The notes under the pieces are model-generated. The model was not told the origin of the DNA. It searched no databases and was given only the letters and a program-made list of their open reading frames with translations. A stretch of DNA of 64,000 bases from Lingula anatina. Lineage: Eukaryota; Animalia; Brachiopoda. A program made the position numbers and the translations under genes. The stretch covers positions 12,872,651-12,936,650 of the forward strand of contig CM120647.1 in NCBI GenBank assembly GCA_051362555.1. The letters run 5' to 3'. Shown here one piece after another: positions 1 to 17,949 of the stretch; the first letter of the stretch is position 1, and every line of letters starts with the position of its first letter.

Positions 1-33
1 TTATTATGTGTTACAAATATCACTGTACATGCG

Positions 34-77
<44 letters not shown>

Positions 78-102
78 TGTTACAAATATCACTGTTTATG
101 CA

Positions 103-155
<53 letters not shown>

Positions 156-184
156 TGTTACAAATATCACTGTATATGCATATC

Positions 185-227
<43 letters not shown>

Positions 228-232
228 TATTA
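1..232. repeat. (ATT)n microsatellite within three ~70-bp tandem units
   Basis: Three copies of GTTACAAATATCACTGT... each followed by (ATT)n. The poly-Ile/poly-Tyr ORFs here are artefacts of this repeat. Confidence 0.95.
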
Positions 233-842
233 CAAAGATGCACAAAAAGGTAAACCTTCATTTTTGATAAACGAAACAACACCTGTGTACCAAAACACTG
301 TAATGTTGCAGAATAGAGATTGGCTGATTTTTAACACTTGCAGTTATTACAGGTTAGAGTAAATCATAGTGAGATGTGTCCAGGTGTCACATGACACACA
401 AGTATAAAATTGAACTCCCGCCCTAACAGTTCAGTTCATGCAGCAACACGGGTCTCCCCGGAGCATATTGTTTTATTGTTTAAATCATTTAATTTAGTTT
501 TAGGTCACACCAGTATCAGTTTCTATCAATCTTCAATAGTTTTTCTGCAGCGAAGTACAATATATCCACCCCAAGAAAGTTTTCGAGTTTTTAACGGTAC
601 GGTCACGGCAACATTTATTATTAATCTGCTTTATTTATTTTATTAATTGGACCTTCAATAGATGCAGCCGTCATCGGCCAAATTTCGAACATCATACTTG
701 AGCCTGTTCCATTTTTAACTGACATATCCTATTACCTAAATCAGCTTAGATCAAGAAGACATAAAATAGATGGACAAAGCTAACACATAGATAAGAATCT
801 CTACAAAGCATATTCAATACTTAATGAAACGTACCCCTTTTG

Positions 843-1320
843 CTTACTAGCGAATGAATCAAAATAGATATCTATAGAAAGAGTAATTGAAAACTTTACA
901 CTACCGGTGCGCACATTTTGTTGACAACAAAGAAGTATCTCTCACATACCATAATTGTCCTTCCTGGTTGTGGAAGCGAGTACACCACGTAACACGAAAC
1001 AATGTGTAACATATCATCTTACGTTAGTCTTACATAAGTGGCTTCACCGCTTTTGGGGTCCACACTCCATGCCGGAAGTCTTCAAAGAAGCTGTTGTTTA
1101 CATTCATTGTGAGGTTTTGAACAATGTAGTCCTAACACCTGCTATAAAAACTCCAAAATAATTAAATGAACCACCAGATCGGTGGAGGAAAACCTGTAAG
1201 ATTACACTGCATTCCACTGGACGTCAAATTATTCTGCTAATTTTTTGTGTTAGTTGAGCCATCTTTATATACTGCACAGCTAAAGCAATGATGACAAACA
1301 CAATACCTGTTTTCAGTTGT
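843..1320 (-). promoter_or_regulatory. Conserved upstream module (putative promoter plus non-coding first exon) of a further type-A paralog left of the window
   Basis: Collinear with ~15980-16460 and ~33560-33880, which lie upstream of G2 and G4. Shares GTTGACAA, TTCCTGGTTG and CCGGAA motifs and a minus-strand GTAAG donor at 843-847. Confidence 0.5.
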
Positions 1321-1715
1321 GACTTGTAAGGATAATATTAATTAAAATATAAGTGAGTTAGATAAAGAATTTAACTACCCCTTTAATTAATTAATTACCC
1401 CCTAGCAGGTTCAGTAGGCGTGACAGAGATCTAAGCTGCTTAAGTTGATTGCAATTCAGTGAGAATCCCTATGGAGTACATCGATCCACAGTGAGTATGA
1501 TAGGGACTGGGAATGGCCCCTTATGGGCGACTATTTTTTATGTGATTAAAACTTTAATGAAAGTGAAGCTAAAATATAAACTTTTGCCATTTCTGCATTC
1601 CACTAATGCGTCTTTTATACTGTGTCACCTTAATTGGTCCATGAATCAAAATGTATTTTAACGGTTCACTCAGCTGTTGGAGAGCGCTCGTTTTTTCATT
1701 TTGGAACAGTTGATT

Positions 1716-2122
1716 TCAAGGTGCATCATCAAGACAAAAAACGCCAGCATTTTTACTGTAACGGCATATTCCCTTCCCCCAACCGCTGCGCCTACACGAT
1801 CCAATGTTGGGTTCCCACCCTGTGCAGTCGATATCTTCTAACAATATGACTCCACTACCTTGCCCAAAATACGCTTCTCGTACGGCAACTGCGTTGGAAT
1901 AGGAAAGATTTAAGGACTTGCAGAAAACTCTGGCAGCAGTATTACCCCATGAGAAATCACAAACTGCTCTCCAGAGTCCATCATGATAGACTTCAACCCT
2001 TCCAGCGTATCCGCCTTTGAACTTTATACCAACAAGACGGTATGTGGAATCGTTCACAACAGCTGGAATGATAACATAAAACTTGTTATCACGGGTAGCA
2101 ATGTTCTCTCTCTCTCTGTGCT

Positions 2123-2157
<35 letters not shown>

Positions 2158-4289
2158 ACGTGTGTGCTTGTGTGCGGATGTGTTTATGTGTATGAGTGTA
2201 CATACATATACTGTTTGGAATAACAATCATATTTGAAACGGTTTACGGCTATGATGCGATCATTTGTAAACAAAACCACATGAAACTGGAGGCGTTACAA
2301 CTTTTTTCTTAAAAAGTGTTAACCTCTTATGAGGCACAATTTAGTGATAAATATAAAATCATATACTGCTATTAAAAAACGACTTTTACTTGGTTCACAA
2401 TTCCTACAAATGGTGTTTTCTTCCAAACAAGTGGTTCCATTTTGGCATAGCTGACTGCAACAATGATCTTTTACTGTAATGAGAACAACGAGAGTTCATA
2501 TTATCTTTTAATAAGCTAAAAGGACGATCTTATATTCGAAACTTAGAGTACTTTTGAAATACAATATCTACATAACCAAGAAAAACTAGAGGATCAGAGA
2601 GACAATGCCGCCTCCGGATATTGTACCACCAGCTGGAGTAAGCGCATTCGTATGGAAAAAAAGGAACACCACCACCAGTTTTGTGCTTAACAAGCTCTAT
2701 AAAAAGTTCTCAAAATATGCAAAAAAATGCGGAAAAAAACATAACTAAAAATGGTCCAATCATACAGATTTTAGAATTGACCTGTGTTTTTCTTACATTG
2801 ATCACTCCTGTGATTTTCTAGACCTATTTGTTTGCCTTGAAATGTGTTATCATTGTTGCAACCATAGTATGCTGACAAAAGTGAAAACCTAGGGGCAACA
2901 CTGGGCATATCTCTGCTAGTTTTGAAGATATGAGGGGCAAGAAAATATGCAAACAAACAAGTATGCAAAGTTCAGTTCTTGGTGAAAATGTAGGTCAAAG
3001 GTCAATTTCAAGGTCACAGTATATGACTTCCTATCCAAGTTCTATAGTAACCATGGGCATTTCTTTGCCAATATTGGAGATATAAAGGCCAGAAAACATG
3101 CAGTTCATAATAAAAAAGTAGGTGAAAGGTCAATTTCAAGGTCATAGTTAGATTGCCAGTATATGACTTCCTATTCAAGTTGACTTCCTATTTAGGCATA
3201 TTCAAGTTGACTTCCTATTTAGGCATATTTCTGCCAGTTTTTGAGATATAAGGGAAAGAAAATTTGCAAAGTGCAGTTCATAATGAAAAGTGGGTCAAAG
3301 GTCAATTTCAAGCTCACAGTTTTCAAAAATTTAGACAAGGGTGCGTTTCAACGAGTGTCACGCCCAGGCCAATGCACCGATTGAGACAAAAAATACCAGG
3401 GGGTTCTGGTTGAGATTATATGTGACCTAAATCTAAGAGATGGGGACACAGGTCCTTGCGGTCTAGGAGGAGAAGCGGTAACGGTGACTTGTATCCCACG
3501 ACACCCTGCGGAGCCAACGGAGCCAACGGCGCCGTACGAGACGGGTCGGGACTAACACCATGAGTACCGCCAGCGTACACGCTGGTGGTACTAATAACGA
3601 CATAATCACTATTTAGTACTTATCAGAATGAAGGAAATATACATAATCAGTTAACAGGCCAATCAGAGAAGGAAACACAATCAATCAGATGATAAACAAT
3701 ATGCAGATTTATCAACCTCAGCCAAAAACAATTATACAGTATATGATTGGTAAATATAATTATTAGTCTCACCTTCACAGTTTGTCCCATAGTACCCGAC
3801 AGGACACAAACACCGATGAGAATTCCCCACGTCAACGTCCCTCTATGCTGACAAGGAAAACTGGCACATTGACTAATTCCTAAATTTGAAAAGATATTAC
3901 AGTTAAACCAGGGAACGCGTCGCAGTAAAACAAACAAACACACACACATATACACGCACAGCGTTTTGTTTTCGGTATTATATTTATTATAAAGATGCAA
4001 GAAGAACATAAAACCCTACCTTGGCAGTTTTTCCCGTAATGCCCGAAAGGACACCAACAACGATAAGAGTTAATCCTTTCAAAACACGTTCCACCATTCT
4101 GACAAGGACGACTGGAGCAATCTTTGATTCCTAAAATACCCAAAATTAAATTAGACGTAAACAATGGGTCAAACTGGAAAAGACTATAGTGCTTTTTAAT
4201 CGTATCAAACAACATAAGGATCGCTAACTGTAACACAAATAAAATGAACTAATGATACATGTTATAACTATAGAATCGCCTTCTTACTA

Positions 4290-4332
<43 letters not shown>

Positions 4333-5713
4333 TACTGCTTTATTCAGTGTAATATTTATCATAAATTAAGGCACAAGAAGACCGTTATATCCCACCTTGG
4401 CAGTTTGTCCCGTGGTATCCGTCAGAACACAAACACCGATAAGAATTCATCAAGTCAACACACGTTCCACCATTCTGACAAGGATGACTGGAGCATTCAT
4501 TGATTTCTAAAATACACATAATGGGATAAGACGATATAAAATTGGTAAAACTGAAAATGGCTTCTTTAATCGTATCAAACAACACATGGATCACTAACTC
4601 TCATGAATTTTAATCTGCTTGTGATATATGTTATAACTATAACTATGTTATAACAAAGACAAACACACACACCTGATTACAAACACTAACAATGGGAAAC
4701 GCGTGGCCGTTAAAAACACATAAGCATATACATACACAGCAGTGTGTTTGGTGTTATATTTGATATAAAAGTGCAGGGGGAATTTTAAACCCCTACCTTG
4801 GCAGTCTGTCCCGTGGTACCCGACAGAACACAAACAACGATAAGAATTCACCATGTCAATACACGTTCCACCATTCTGACAAGGACGACTGGAGCATTCA
4901 CTGGTTTCTAGAATACCAAATATTGAAGATGATATAAAATGAGTTTACAAATAAATTCTATAACAATAACAGATAAATAATATATTTTTAAAATGTGCTT
5001 GGTTGCACAAAATAAAAAAAAAATTGCCTTTAATGCTTTTAATGCGTCAAAATATAAATATACAAAAAATAAATAAATGAATAAAAACATCAATTTCTGT
5101 TTCCTTACCCTTCAAACCATCATTTGCTGACATCAAGTGTTCTACATGCTGAGTAAGTTGGTCACTACACCCCTCACGTGCAAACACGAGCGACAAAACA
5201 AGGGCAATCATCATTGCAACACACATTATCCCTACTAACACCAATGCTGTGAGTAATCGCTTATGAACTTTAATCTTTGGTGGCTGTGTAATCCTTTCAT
5301 TGTTATTAACGGTGTTTTCGAAGGGATGGTGAATTATTAAGCTCTCGTAATCATTTGGTGTCTCCCCTGGAGTAAGTTCCACTTGTGATGACGTTCCGGG
5401 GCTGTATGTTGCATTTTCATACACGGTGTTTTTATTTGGACCGGTGGCACTTGCCGTGATCCCTACAATTTTTTTCATATTCAATTATACAGCGATTTGA
5501 ATATTTAAAACGATGGGGATTTCATTGAAGGATGTACATGCTTGAAAATATAAAAATAGAAAACCGATACGACTATTTTCTAATAAATTAGTCAAGCAGG
5601 TCTGACATTCATGCATGTTTTCTTAGTCATAATTCAATTACTATATATCGAATGTAAAGCAAATTTTTAAAATTCAACTTCTTTCTTGGATGCATACCTT
5701 CTTTGTATGCCAT
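1716..5713 (-). CDS. G1: type II TM EGF-repeat/SRCR receptor; one frameshifted EGF exon, so a pseudogene or dependent on exon skipping
   Basis: GT-AG exons: 5713-5698 (MAYKE); 5462-5109 (tail VYENATYS...[36 protein letters not shown]); EGF 4907-4797, 4506-4396, 4130-4020 (111 nt each); 3879-3773 (107 nt, 4-nt deletion); 2473-2390 (84 nt, internally deleted EGF, in frame); SRCR 2062-1716 (YRLVG...GRVEVYH...AGVFC). Confidence 0.8.
2125..2195. repeat. (GT)n microsatellite
   Basis: Direct dinucleotide run in the last intron of G1. Confidence 0.9.
2585..3597 (-). mobile_element. Non-autonomous Helentron/DINE-1-like (HINE) element in a G1 intron
   Basis: Sub-terminal inverted repeat GTACCACCAGC (2623-2633) / GCTGGTGGTAC (3581-3591); terminal hairpin 3564-3591; internal tandem units with GGTCAAAGGTCAATTTCAAGGTCA-like cores (~2993, 3121, 3293); CTAG end next to an A run. 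Confidence 0.6.
4292..4328. repeat. (CA)n microsatellite
   Basis: Direct dinucleotide run. Confidence 0.9.
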
Positions 5714-5937
5714 GTTTACTTTCCTCCAAACTTTTGCTGACAGATGTACAATTAAATGCAAGGAGTACTTATTTGTACTTGCATCCGAGTGTTATTTATA
5801 ACATTCACATAGCTTAATCTGCGGAAACAGAGAAAGGACAGAGGTCTCAGCGTGCTTCTTCTAGTGTATTCTATCTTGGCCTCCACACTTTCATTTAACG
5901 TGGTGTGCCACGAGAAGGCACAGAAGGATTACTGTAC

Positions 5938-6107
5938 CGGTGTAACGTTACAGAGAGATCCAAAAACAAGGAGCCCACTTCCCATTTATTTGTAGAGGTC
6001 AGCCTCGCCCTAGATTTTTACCCACTTATGTCAGACTAACCCTAACCATTATAACTATACGTATGGCGGACTCTCTGTTACATGGATCCTCAATTTCGTT
6101 ACACCAG
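5938..6107. mobile_element. Small MITE-like repeat
   Basis: Inverted ends CCGGTGTAACG / CGTTACACCAG. The internal segment GCCCTAGATTTT...CCCTAACC recurs at ~47170-47270. Confidence 0.4.
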
Positions 6108-7110
6108 TGTACTGCCAGGGAGGACTTACGTACTCAGCCTGAAAAATGGCTAGCCAGCGGCTTCAGCAGGTAAAGAGAGGGTTAAGCAAATCAGAACTAC
6201 TCTACATTTAAACAACAGCTCTACACGCACTATGAAACCCTGTGCACTAACAACCCAATACACCTTTTTTCAAAATAGTTTTCACATAAGGCAAACATTT
6301 CTGCATGCACTCTCGCTAAAATATTATTAAGATAGCTTAAATGCTGTACACTTTACTATATTAAATCTAAGTTCCATACCCTTTTTGTCTGCCATTTAAC
6401 CTTTCTTCTCAAGTTAAATCCAGTGCTGGAATAATAAAAGGCATGCTTTTACTGTTTGTCATCGATAAAAATAACTTGAACCCATCGTGTTTATTAATAG
6501 CGTTCACATATCTGGCATAATCTGCCTAAAAGAAAGGGCAGAAAAAATTCAACTAGCACAGTTGCATACGTAAATCAATTTGGTGCACGACGCATTAAAC
6601 TCTTTTGAACCTTTGGACCTTTTAACAAATGTTTAACTGCATGTTTCATCTCTCACTTTAAAACTAATTCTCCTTCCTGGTTGATGAAATGAGCTCAGCA
6701 CGTCATATGAAAAATGGGATACATTAATATTGTAACTCATGCGCGTCTTACATGTAAGTGGTTGCATTAATGGAATAACTATAAGAGCCTACTGCGAATT
6801 AAAGTGTAGTCTTCAGTTTTTATAGATGATTTTGAGGGTAATATCAGATATCGCTATTTATTACAAAGATGCGCAAAACAGCAACCTATTTTATTTTGGA
6901 CAATTCAATACTTGAAACATATAATGACGAATGCTGCAGAACAGAGTTTTTGATCGTTTGAAATAAAAAAAATAGCTACCAACATTTACATTGCAAAATT
7001 AAATGACAATTTCGTGAAAATGTTTTAAACTTCAAAACTGTAAAGGGATTTAGTTGCACAAAGCGGAAAAAGAGGCAACCACCTTTACGAAATACAGAAA
7101 AAAACTTAAA

Positions 7111-7640
7111 CTTACCAGTGCGTTAATAAAAAAGCAATCTTTTAATTGTCTTTTTCAAACTGTATGCCGTGCACGCATTGTTGACAACAAAGCAGTGCTT
7201 CTGACACTGAAAGCCACCAAACGTTCCTTCCTGGTTGATGAAACGAGCGCAGCACGTGATATGAAATATAGGAATATTAAATCACGGAAGTCTCACTAAC
7301 TGGCCGCATATCTTTTGTAGCAGACAGCCCATACCGGAAAGTCATAAAGAGGCTTTCTTAATAAAAGTAGGCCTTCTGCCTGAGAATAATTAGACCTGAG
7401 ACGTGCTATGAAACTTCAAAATCATTGGAAACTCTGCCGTCCCAGAAGAATAACTGTAAGATTGCACTGTATTCAGTCACTGTGGCCCACTGAATGGATC
7501 TAAGTTTTAGTTATAAATACCAACATATTTGCCCAGCGCCTGTGCTAGTTGAACCGCCTTTATATACAACTGTAGCAATCCGAATAACAAATGGTGCAAT
7601 ATAGCTCCAATATCCGTTTTTCATTCTGGCTTATCAGGGA
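7111..7640 (-). promoter_or_regulatory. Conserved upstream module of G1 (putative non-coding exon 1 and promoter)
   Basis: Minus-strand donor CTG|GTAAG at 7111-7115; GTTGACAACAA, TTCCTGGTTG and CCGGAA motifs; TATATAAAG on the minus strand near 7560. Homologous to 26066+ and 43942+. Confidence 0.45.
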
Positions 7641-9086
7641 AATTCTGAGGAATTGAAATAAATTAAAAAACAATACAGGATAGAAAGGGCGATGGTGGGT
7701 TGTTTTTGTGGGTGGATATTAGATTAACATGAAATACCGTGAGGCTAAACTATCCGCCTTTTGTACTTTTATTGACTCACTTGTGTCACGTCACACATGT
7801 TAATTTACGCTCGAAAATTGTCACCTCGATTGGTTATTGAGTCTAAGGACCTGAATGACACTTTTCAGTGTATCATAATAAAACAACATCAAAGAATTTT
7901 AAACATATTTGATAAATATACTCATCATAGTAGTTTATACTATACATGTATTTATTAATGTTGGTACATTGAGTTTATTACTGAAATTTTTTGCAATTTC
8001 TCTTTACTACTTAGACACATTCTACACAAAAGCGTGGTAACTGAAAATCTATTTTATTAAAAGGATTTGTTATTCACATTCAAATCATTGCTAAATTTGT
8101 ATCATAAGGAACTTTTCAAAGAGAAATGGAATTAAGTCAAGTAAAATGAAGTAAGTAGATATCATATATTAATTAATACCCCTCCTTGACTTATAATTCA
8201 ATGCAATTGCCAGTTATCTCCACTGTTTAAAATATACTTGTATGCCATATTAAAAATATGTATTCTTATTCTAACCTTAAGTTCAAACTACTTTTATAAT
8301 AATGCAATTTGAAAAACATAAAGTATAAAGATGTTTAAATGGCGTAACTTGAAAAGTGTGAAAATAATTTGCTGTCAAGAAGTTGTGACTGATTTCTACA
8401 TGTATTCCTCATTCTTCATTCTAGGCAATTACAAAGTAACGACAAGTGGACTAGCAGAACCCGAGATAGACGCCTAAAAAGGAAAGAGTTTAAAGACTAC
8501 TGGCTGGTTACGGGACGACTAGGTATTTTCTACAGAGCTCGGTGTTTTAGAAGAGAAGTTAAAGCAGCCGTTTGACATAGAGGAGAGAACCTGTCACTGA
8601 ACCGTAAAGTAGGATTGAGACTTCATCTTTCCTACATCAGATGCCTGGTAGGCTGGCCAGTCATGTGGTCAACCTTATGGGTCAAATGCACTTGTTCTTC
8701 TGTTGATGATCGGTGGTTTATGAGTTCAATTTTATATTTATTTTCCCTTCCTTTTATGTGAAATCACTTAACTGGGGAACATTCAATCTCTCGCTAGTGT
8801 AAACACTTCGGGATTCTAAAAAATGTCACAGAAACTCACACAAGAAAATAAGTTGCAACATAATTTATGTACAGGTTAATCTGGTCTTCAAACCTTTAGT
8901 TAAGTTATTCGTTTGACATGACCACCTTTTAAATATATGCGAAATTTAAAGAGTCAACCGTTATTCATCTGAAAGGAACACGGTATCATTTTTGTCTCTC
9001 CCTACCTGTTACCTGTATATCTGCTTCATTATATAAGCTGAAGGGGTTGATACAATTTAAAACAGTTCTTTTCGAGATGCGCATCA

Positions 9087-13797
<4,711 letters not shown>

Positions 13798-15567
13798 ATT
13801 TACATTATTCCAAAGTTAAAAAGGGTTCTGAAATAAAAAATGCATACATTTACAAATTATGCAAAATACATGTGCCCGTGATAGTCATTAACAATGTTCA
13901 CGTAGTTTTTTTATTATCTGCTTTACTTAACAGAAAATATGAATATTCTCTTTTTGTTTTTCACAATAGACAATGCAGTAATCCAATGACTACAAAAACA
14001 CTTTGATCAATACCGCCCACCGATCTTTATTTTTATATTGATCAGTACAAGATGACACAGATCAATTACTCTGATACGAGGGACATTAAATACATAAAGG
14101 ACGTAAATGGGGTAAAATATTTGAAGAAACAATAATAGAGATGCGAGTGTCAATGGAATATTTGCGTCATTAGAAATATATTCTCATTCTTTGACTCGTT
14201 GCTGCACTTGTATTGTGTTTCCTACCATCTCTATTAAAATACAATTCCAAACGAATCTGTGTTCATTCTATCAATTTCCAAAACACCTTTCGTGCAAAAT
14301 ATCTTTTTGTGTCCTTTATATTACCACTTGGCTGTTTTTTTTTTTCTGAGGGGATATCTCAATATGTAAAGACTTCACACTTAAAATGTTCCCTAAATTC
14401 GAAAAGAAATAACAATATCTGATACGCAGCCTTATATAAAAATCCCAAATATCTTTAAAGGGGTACAGAAAACACATGACTTTTTTTTGAAGCCTTTAAA
14501 TCAGTTTAAATATGATCATAAACAACCTGCTTACTCCCCACTGTATTTGGATATCATTGACCCGTAGGTATATTATCTAATCCTTGCCCAATAAAGAACT
14601 CAAATGTAAACACCCTTATCGTTTTTGTCGTATCAATGAGGTCAACGAATACCTATTGGATAAAATGTTGAGCAATACATTTCACATCGTGTATGTCAAA
14701 GTTTCATTCTTGGTTTTAGATTAATCTTTGACGAATGATTTTCGTTGATTACATATGTAGATTGCTTCAGAGGTTTGATACCGTAGGATATATTTCCTAA
14801 TCTACTTAGATAATTTAGAAATAAACATTGTCATATCGATTTCAAATTAAGATCTCCCCTCGCCTGAATAGCTATCAACGCCGATTTAAACCATATTTTA
14901 TTTAAACAGGTGCCAGGAAACTTTCGTGAGAGGCTTGCTTTTTATTTTAATTGAAACATTGTAATTAGGGGCTTAAACCTTCTAATAAATAAGTACCATG
15001 ATAACTTTCACGATAACTTTCAATTATCTACTGATTTACAGAGCTATATCAAAAACCGACCATTCTCTCATATCACACCGATTCACAAAGCAGCAAAATC
15101 GAAAATAAATGCTTGGCCAGAGGGCGCGGAGTGGTACCTGTAAATAAAACTATAAAATAGGGGTTGTGGTTACTTTTATTGTGCTTATATTAAGATAAGC
15201 ATTTTACACCAACAAAGCTGGAAAAGGTATACCGCTAAAAGGAATATATTTATAACGCATGGAGCCCCAAATTGTATCGAAGGCGACTCTTTGGATTGGA
15301 AGGTACCGGTAGCCTCTAATAAAAATCCCATTATTGAGGTTGATATCAGACATTATTATTTGATACACAAAATGTGCAGAATGGCAAACCTTTATTTACT
15401 TAAACAAAATCAATGTTATGTTGCAGAATAGAGATTGGCTGGTTTTCAAACGTTAAACAATGAGATTGCATATCTAAAATCACTATGATGAGGAACGATA
15501 TCTAATCTGCCTCATGTTTTGACGACTGCATAATAAGGTTATAAATCAATATAGATGTGCAAAGCTG

Positions 15568-15925
15568 ACAAGAGCGCAGACCTCCGCCAAGGCAGCAAAT
15601 TATGAGTATTATTGATTATTGATTGATTATTGATCTGGGTCACCACCAAAAACTTATCATTCTAAGTTAACCCATTTCTGACCTACCCTGAAAATTTCAC
15701 CAAAATCTACCCACAACTTTTTGAGTTATGTTGATGATTGATTTTTGATTATTGATTATTGATTGATTATTGATCCGTTACCACCAAATACTAAATATAT
15801 CCTCCTTGGCCTACTTCTGTCCTACCCTGAAAATTTCATCAAAATCGGTCCGTAACCCTTTCAGTTATACTGAAGACAGTCAAACAGACAGACAAACAGG
15901 GGTGAAAACATGGTGGAGGCAACAA
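15568..15925 (-). mobile_element. Short HINE-like insertion
   Basis: Sub-terminal IR CCTCCGCCA (15581) / TGGTGGAGG (15911); two ~140-bp internal units with GATTATT repeats. Absent at the paralogous sites ~780 and ~33510. Confidence 0.55.
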
Positions 15926-15981
15926 TGACGACAACATATATATTCAAATCTTACTCAAACCTACTTCAATCACCCTTTTTG

Positions 15982-16460
15982 CTTACTAGCGCATATGAAT
16001 CAGCATATGTATTTAAAAGGTTGATAATACGCACGTTTTGTTGACAAGTAAGCGGTATCTCTCATACACCACAATTGTCCTTCCTGGTTGATTGCGTGTA
16101 CACCACGTAACCCGAAACAATATGTAGCATATCACCTCACGTCAGCCTAACATAAGTGGGTGCACATCTTTGGGGGTCCAAACTCCATACCGGAAATCCT
16201 CAAAGAAGCACTTGTTTACATGCTCTATGAGATATTAAACAATTAAGTCCTCAGACATGCTATAAAACTAAAAAATAATTAAATAAACTACCAGTCAGGT
16301 GAAAGAGCACCTGTAAATTTACACTGTATTCGGTAACAGTGGACCACAATGCAACTGGTTTTCCCTTGTGGACGTCAAATTATCCTGCTAATGATATGTG
16401 TTAGTTGAGCCGCCTTGACATACTATACCAGTACATTAAAAGCATTGATGACGAGTGCAA
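15982..16460 (-). promoter_or_regulatory. Conserved upstream module of G2
   Basis: Minus-strand GTAAG donor at 15982-15986 and the same conserved motifs as 843-1320 and 33563-33880. Confidence 0.45.
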
Positions 16461-17498
16461 TTGCTCAATTATGACTTGTCAGAGCAATATTTAGTAAACA
16501 CAAGAAAGATAGAAAGGTAAATGGTCAACTGCGTTTTTTTTTTATATGAGAATGATTTTTTAATGACTTTGGAGCTAGAAGATACACTTTCTGCTATATC
16601 CGCCTCCCATAAATGCGTCATTATATACTGAAATACATTCGGTTTTGCCTTGATTGTCACCTTGAAATCAATTGTTATTAAATAAAAAACAAACATTTTC
16701 AAATGATATCTCACTGTATTTGCAAAAGGTGATTTTTGTGGTTATTACGAATGCCCTCACGACAACCCTCGCTTAATCACAGTAAAATCGTATTTTTAAA
16801 CTGAAATGTGAACACTTATGAAACACAATATCTTTCCCTGACGTAACCGAGTAACATAAAGACGTAATATTTTTTACCAATGTAAGTGAATGAAATATAC
16901 ATAATCAATCAAACGACTGACCAATCAGAGGAAAGGACACATGTAACCAATCAGATGATAAGCAATATGCAGATTACAACGATATTGCAAGTTCTGATGT
17001 AATTTTAGAGGAAATTGGTATTCAGGATTCAAATTAAATAATTGTTCAAAAACAATTACTAACTTTCACTTTCAATCAAAATGTTGTTTTGCAGAACTCA
17101 GGAAAATGCAATGGACCTCTGCTGCAAGGACATTGATCTGAGCCAATATTAATATATGTATAAACAGTAAATTATAAGTTTATTTATGTCTCCTCCATTC
17201 CAGTGTACCACAAACTTTCATAGTCCCATTCATAACAAGAAAGGAGGCGACAAAGAATATCGATTGTTCGTGATTTGGCCAAACAGTCCGCTTTTATTAT
17301 ATGAACTCACTATCCTAATAATTTTAACAATAATAACGATGTAGCAAATTGTTGCCCGCATTAAATGTTATGGCCTTAGGGATAAAAATTATATATGAAA
17401 TATTCAATAAGACTCATCATCCTAAAAATTATGATGTGACGAGTCAGCAAAAGTTTTTATTTTCAAACAACAAACTTTCCTATGATAAGAGGTCTCAC

Positions 17499-17552
17499 CT
17501 TGTGAGTTTGTCCAACGGTACCTGACAGAACACAAACATCGAGCGTCCCACC
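17499..17552 (-). pseudogene. Orphan decayed EGF exon fragment
   Basis: GGT GGG ACG...RCLCSVRYRWTNSQ followed by donor GTGAGA; matches the 111-nt exon class. Confidence 0.6.
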
Positions 17553-17949
17553 AGGATTGCAGCCCATGCACTAGTGATTAAGTATTTCAATTGTCGCGAT
17601 TAAATCTTGTTCAGGGATGCAGTTCCGCACCATACCGATTAGAAATAGAATATAAATAGAACTAGAACTTGTTAAATTGATGATAAAAGTTTTGATTGAC
17701 TCGCGCATATACACGGCAACGAGAAATATAAAATCTGATATATCCCAGGGGGATTTTTCTTGTTTTAAATCACAGAGGTAGGTGCATTGATGAATATTAA
17801 GACGAAGCAAAATCTTAATTTTGGTATGTGGATGATAATAAACCCTTGGAGTACCCTTGAAGATGCTTCCTTCGAGATAACATTGCACTGCAAAACACGC
17901 AATTCCAGAATGACATAAAGATACCGTGTACCTAAATTATCCAATTTAA

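Noticed and set aside
6-362. Poly-Ile and poly-Tyr ORFs
   Set aside because: Translations of the (ATT)n microsatellite.
7636-7650. GGGAAATTCT as an NF-kB site
   Set aside because: Imperfect match that is not conserved in the paralogous copy at ~44935 (GGAAAATTCT).
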